From contig JBGAJQ010000002.1 of the NCBI GenBank assembly GCA_044224875.1, positions 64,001 to 128,000 of the forward strand: a stretch of 64,000 nt of DNA. The letters are read 5' to 3'. Shown one piece after another: positions 63,727-64,000 of the stretch (position 1 is the stretch's first letter; each line of letters opens with the position of its first letter). Under the pieces are notes generated by a model. That model did no database searches and had not been told where the DNA came from. It was given only the letters and a program-made list of their open reading frames with translations. The stretch is from Gemmatimonadaceae bacterium. GTDB taxonomy: Bacteria > Gemmatimonadota > Gemmatimonadetes > Gemmatimonadales > Gemmatimonadaceae. The translations under genes and the position numbers were made by a program.

Positions 63727-64000
63727 ATGGCAGACGATACGAAGACGAAAGACAAGTCGCTCAAGGATCGACTGACTCCAGAGCAGTATCACGTGACGCA
63801 GGAGAAGGGCACGGAACGCGCCTTTACTGGTGCCTACTGGGACACGCACGACGCTGGCATGTACAAGTGCGTCGTCTGTGGTGAGCCGCTCTTTTCATCC
63901 GACACGAAGTTCGATTCAGGAAGTGGGTGGCCCAGCTTCACCGCACCGGCCGCTGAGTCGGCGGTGAAGACGGAGTCCGACTACTCACACTTCATGCGTC
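63727..64000 (+). CDS. msrB: Peptide-methionine (R)-S-oxide reductase MsrB (runs off the window; not in the ORF track)
   Basis: Own translation: 'MADDTK...[23 protein letters not shown]...[26 protein letters not shown]'. Confidence 0.95.
   Translation, partial: MADDTKTKDKSLKDRLTPEQYHVTQEKGTERAFTGAYWDTHDAGMYKCVVCGEPLFSSDTKFDSGSGWPSFTAPAAESAVKTESDYSHFMR

Overview
GC-rich (about 65% by eye) bacterial chromosomal segment, densely coding. I see no rRNA, tRNA, CRISPR array, transposase or integrase. Gene content (SusC/SusD pair, carboxypeptidase-regulatory-domain/plug proteins, DUF5916, VPS10/BNR proteins, BIG2 lipoprotein) suggests Gemmatimonadota; this is inference. The left ~15 kb is a SusC/SusD locus with a Tat-exported cupredoxin and three exported S9 peptidases. 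It is followed by msrPQ, a THUMP methyltransferase, sucA, a PIG-L deacetylase, ndh, a BMP-type ABC transporter, nadBAC, a TsdA-like cytochrome, argJ, a TolB-propeller/GGT fusion and the start of msrB. The most striking unexplained signal is a non-palindromic DNA motif, RCCTAAC(G)/(C)GTTAGGY. I counted about 30 copies by hand, in both orientations, mostly inside genes and in several reading frames via rare codons, and none across ~14 kb of the peptidase locus. Three local indel lesions (S9 peptidase, sucA, nadA) may be assembly errors. Product calls come from motif recognition only; no searches were run.
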